From assembly GCA_964565905.1 (NCBI GenBank), contig CAZMGU010000001.1, positions 5,889 to 69,888 of the forward strand: a stretch of 64,000 bases of DNA, in the 5' to 3' direction. The translations under genes and the position numbers were made by a program. Numbering within the stretch: position 1 is the stretch's first letter; each line of letters starts with the position of its first letter. Source of the stretch: an uncultured Halobacteriales archaeon. GTDB taxonomy: Archaea; Halobacteriota; Halobacteria; Halobacteriales; Haloarculaceae. Below are positions 62,387 to 64,000 of the stretch, one piece after another. The notes beneath the pieces are model-generated. The model had not been told where the DNA came from and made no database searches. It saw only the letters and a list, made by a program, of their open reading frames with translations.

Positions 62387-63028
62387 ATGAGCGACGACCC
62401 CCACGCCGAGCAACCAACCCGCACCGCCGGGACGCCGCTCGACGAGGCGGACGCGGCGGTCCTCATGTTCCACGGCCGCGGCGCGACTGCTCAGAGCATC
62501 CTCTCCTTTGCTCAGGAGTTCGACCGCGACGGCGTCGCCTACGTCGCGCCCCAGGCCGCGCGCAACACCTGGTATCCCCAGTCGTTCATGGCCCCGACGG
62601 AGCAGAACGAACCCTGGCTCTCCTCGGCGCTCGACCGCGTCGGAATGACCCTCGACGAGATAGACGAGGCCGGCGTTCCCGCGGAGAAGACGCTCCTACT
62701 CGGCTTCTCGCAGGGTGCCTGCCTCTCCTCGGAGTACATGGCTCGCAACGCTCAGCGCTACGGCGGCCTCGCCGCGCTCTCGGGCGGCCTCATCGGCCCC
62801 GAGGGGACGCCCCGCGAGTACGACGGGTCGCTCGACGGCACCCCCGTCTTCGTCGGCTGTAGCGACCAGGACCCCCACATCCCGCTCGAACGCGTCCACG
62901 AGACGGCCGACGTCCTCGAAGGCCTCGACGCCGACGTCGACGAGCGGGTCTACGAGGGGATGGGCCACACCGTCAACGAGGACGAACTCGCGGCCGTCGA
63001 CGAACTGATCGGTAACCTGGTCGAGTAA
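62387..63028 (+). CDS. Phospholipase/carboxylesterase (alpha/beta hydrolase)
   Basis: HGRG, GFSQG, DPHIP, MGH triad; coupled to the VOC gene. Confidence 0.92.
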   Translation: MSDDPHAEQPTRTAGTPLDEADAAVLMFHGRGATAQSILSFAQEFDRDGVAYVAPQAARNTWYPQSFMAPTEQNEPWLSSALDRVGMTLDEIDEAGVPAEKTLLLGFSQGACLSSEYMARNAQRYGGLAALSGGLIGPEGTPREYDGSLDGTPVFVGCSDQDPHIPLERVHETADVLEGLDADVDERVYEGMGHTVNEDELAAVDELIGNLVE

Positions 63029-63328
63029 CGCGACCGGGTTACCGCTGGTAGTGCCCGTTCGGGTGCGATCGGTAGCGGTCAATAGGACTATTAGCAGCCT
63101 ACTTCACCGGCGATTCCGACTCCCCACGTGCCGGTCGACGCAGGGCCGGGCACTGGGTGCCGGGATAGTGTCGTGAACGACCCGCTGTCATGCTCCAGAT
63201 CGGCCTTCCCGCCGATCCCTTTCGACGATCTGTGACCCTCTCGACGGTCCGTGACCCTTTCGACAGTCTGTGCTACCAGTGGCCGCCGCCACGGCGGCCA
63301 AAATTCTCCCCCGGAACCGACGAAGCGA

Positions 63329-64000
63329 TCACCCGAGGAAGCGCAGACCGACGCCGACCATCGCCACGAGGCCGATAGCACCGCCCCCGACGACGGCCGG
63401 GTCGGTCACCGGCGGTCCGGACGACGTCTCCGCCGTCTCCACGGCATCGTCGCTCGTCGTTCCGTTCCCGGTGCGCTCCGTCTCGTCCGTGGTCGCGGTT
63501 CGCGTCGGATCCGACCGTTCGGGGATCGCCCGGACGACCAGGGTTCCGACGACGCCGCGTTCGCCGCTCCCGTTCGTCCCGCTGGTTATCGACACGGCGT
63601 ACATCCCTTCCGGGAGCGTGCCGGAGACGTTGCCGGTCTGATTCACTCGGAGGACCTCGTCGCCGTCGCCGACGCGGATCGGTGCGTCCGTCGTCCCGAC
63701 TGCGGTGTCGAGGACGATCCCGATCCGGCCGTCGCCGTCGTCGTCTCTGACGGTGGCGTTCGCTCGATAGCCGACGTCCTCGGCGTAGAGCAGGACCGTC
63801 GCGGTCGTCTCGCCTCCCGTCGTCAGGTCGACCGTTCCCACTTCGCCCCTGTAGACCGTGAAGACGTTACCGGCGATACCGAACTCGTCGGAGGGCTCCG
63901 GTGTCGGCCAGTCACGTTCCTCCACGTCGCCGTCTCGGACCGCGAGCGTTCCCACGGCGTCGGGTTCGCCGTCCGGCGCTCCGCGATAGGCGCGCAGGTC
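63329..64000 (-). CDS. Cell-surface glycoprotein-like protein with C-terminal TM anchor; 5' end outside window
   Basis: Frame open to the window edge; N-x-S/T sequons (NAT, NQT, NVS, NGS, NGT), Thr-rich linker, C-terminal hydrophobic helix. Confidence 0.7.
   Translation of the reverse strand, partial: DLRAYRGAPDGEPDAVGTLAVRDGDVEERDWPTPEPSDEFGIAGNVFTVYRGEVGTVDLTTGGETTATVLLYAEDVGYRANATVRDDDGDGRIGIVLDTAVGTTDAPIRVGDGDEVLRVNQTGNVSGTLPEGMYAVSITSGTNGSGERGVVGTLVVRAIPERSDPTRTATTDETERTGNGTTSDDAVETAETSSGPPVTDPAVVGGGAIGLVAMVGVGLRFLG

Overview
High-GC DNA encoding strongly acidic proteins and Tat lipoproteins, i.e. an extremely halophilic archaeon (Halobacteria). It reads as an accessory catabolic/regulatory region. 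Blocks in order: (1) a 5'-truncated Sph-type SMC-like ATPase. (2) 2-19 kb: a sugar/sugar-acid cluster (DapA-family lyase, Zn-dehydrogenase, SDRs, CUT2 sugar ABC transporter, RbsD, RbsK, DeoC, divergent GH88), then an IclR-associated acyl-CoA module (MBL hydrolase, crotonase, CoA ligase, CaiB CoA-transferase). (3) maeB and an unannotated 33-aa zinc-finger microprotein. (4) 22.7-45.8 kb: a nearly complete glucuronoxylan-utilisation locus (GH10, GH43, GH67, family-5 ABC importer lacking its ATPases, Weimberg-type XacA/D/E/F, XacR-like IclR, UxaC, UxuA). (5) A Gln-rich disordered protein, two very large Bat-type one-component sensors flanking a HalOD1 protein, an RdfA-like protein, Hsp20, a VOC/esterase pair and a truncated surface protein. 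No rRNA, tRNA, CRISPR array or transposase was seen. Best leads: a GH10 whose acid/base Glu motif reads NH, the UxuB and ATPase gaps in the xylan locus, a recurring GTTY-N9-RAAY palindrome at both IclR promoters, a 13-mer shared upstream of both xylan hydrolases, and the Q-rich protein. All family assignments are from motif recognition; no database search was run.
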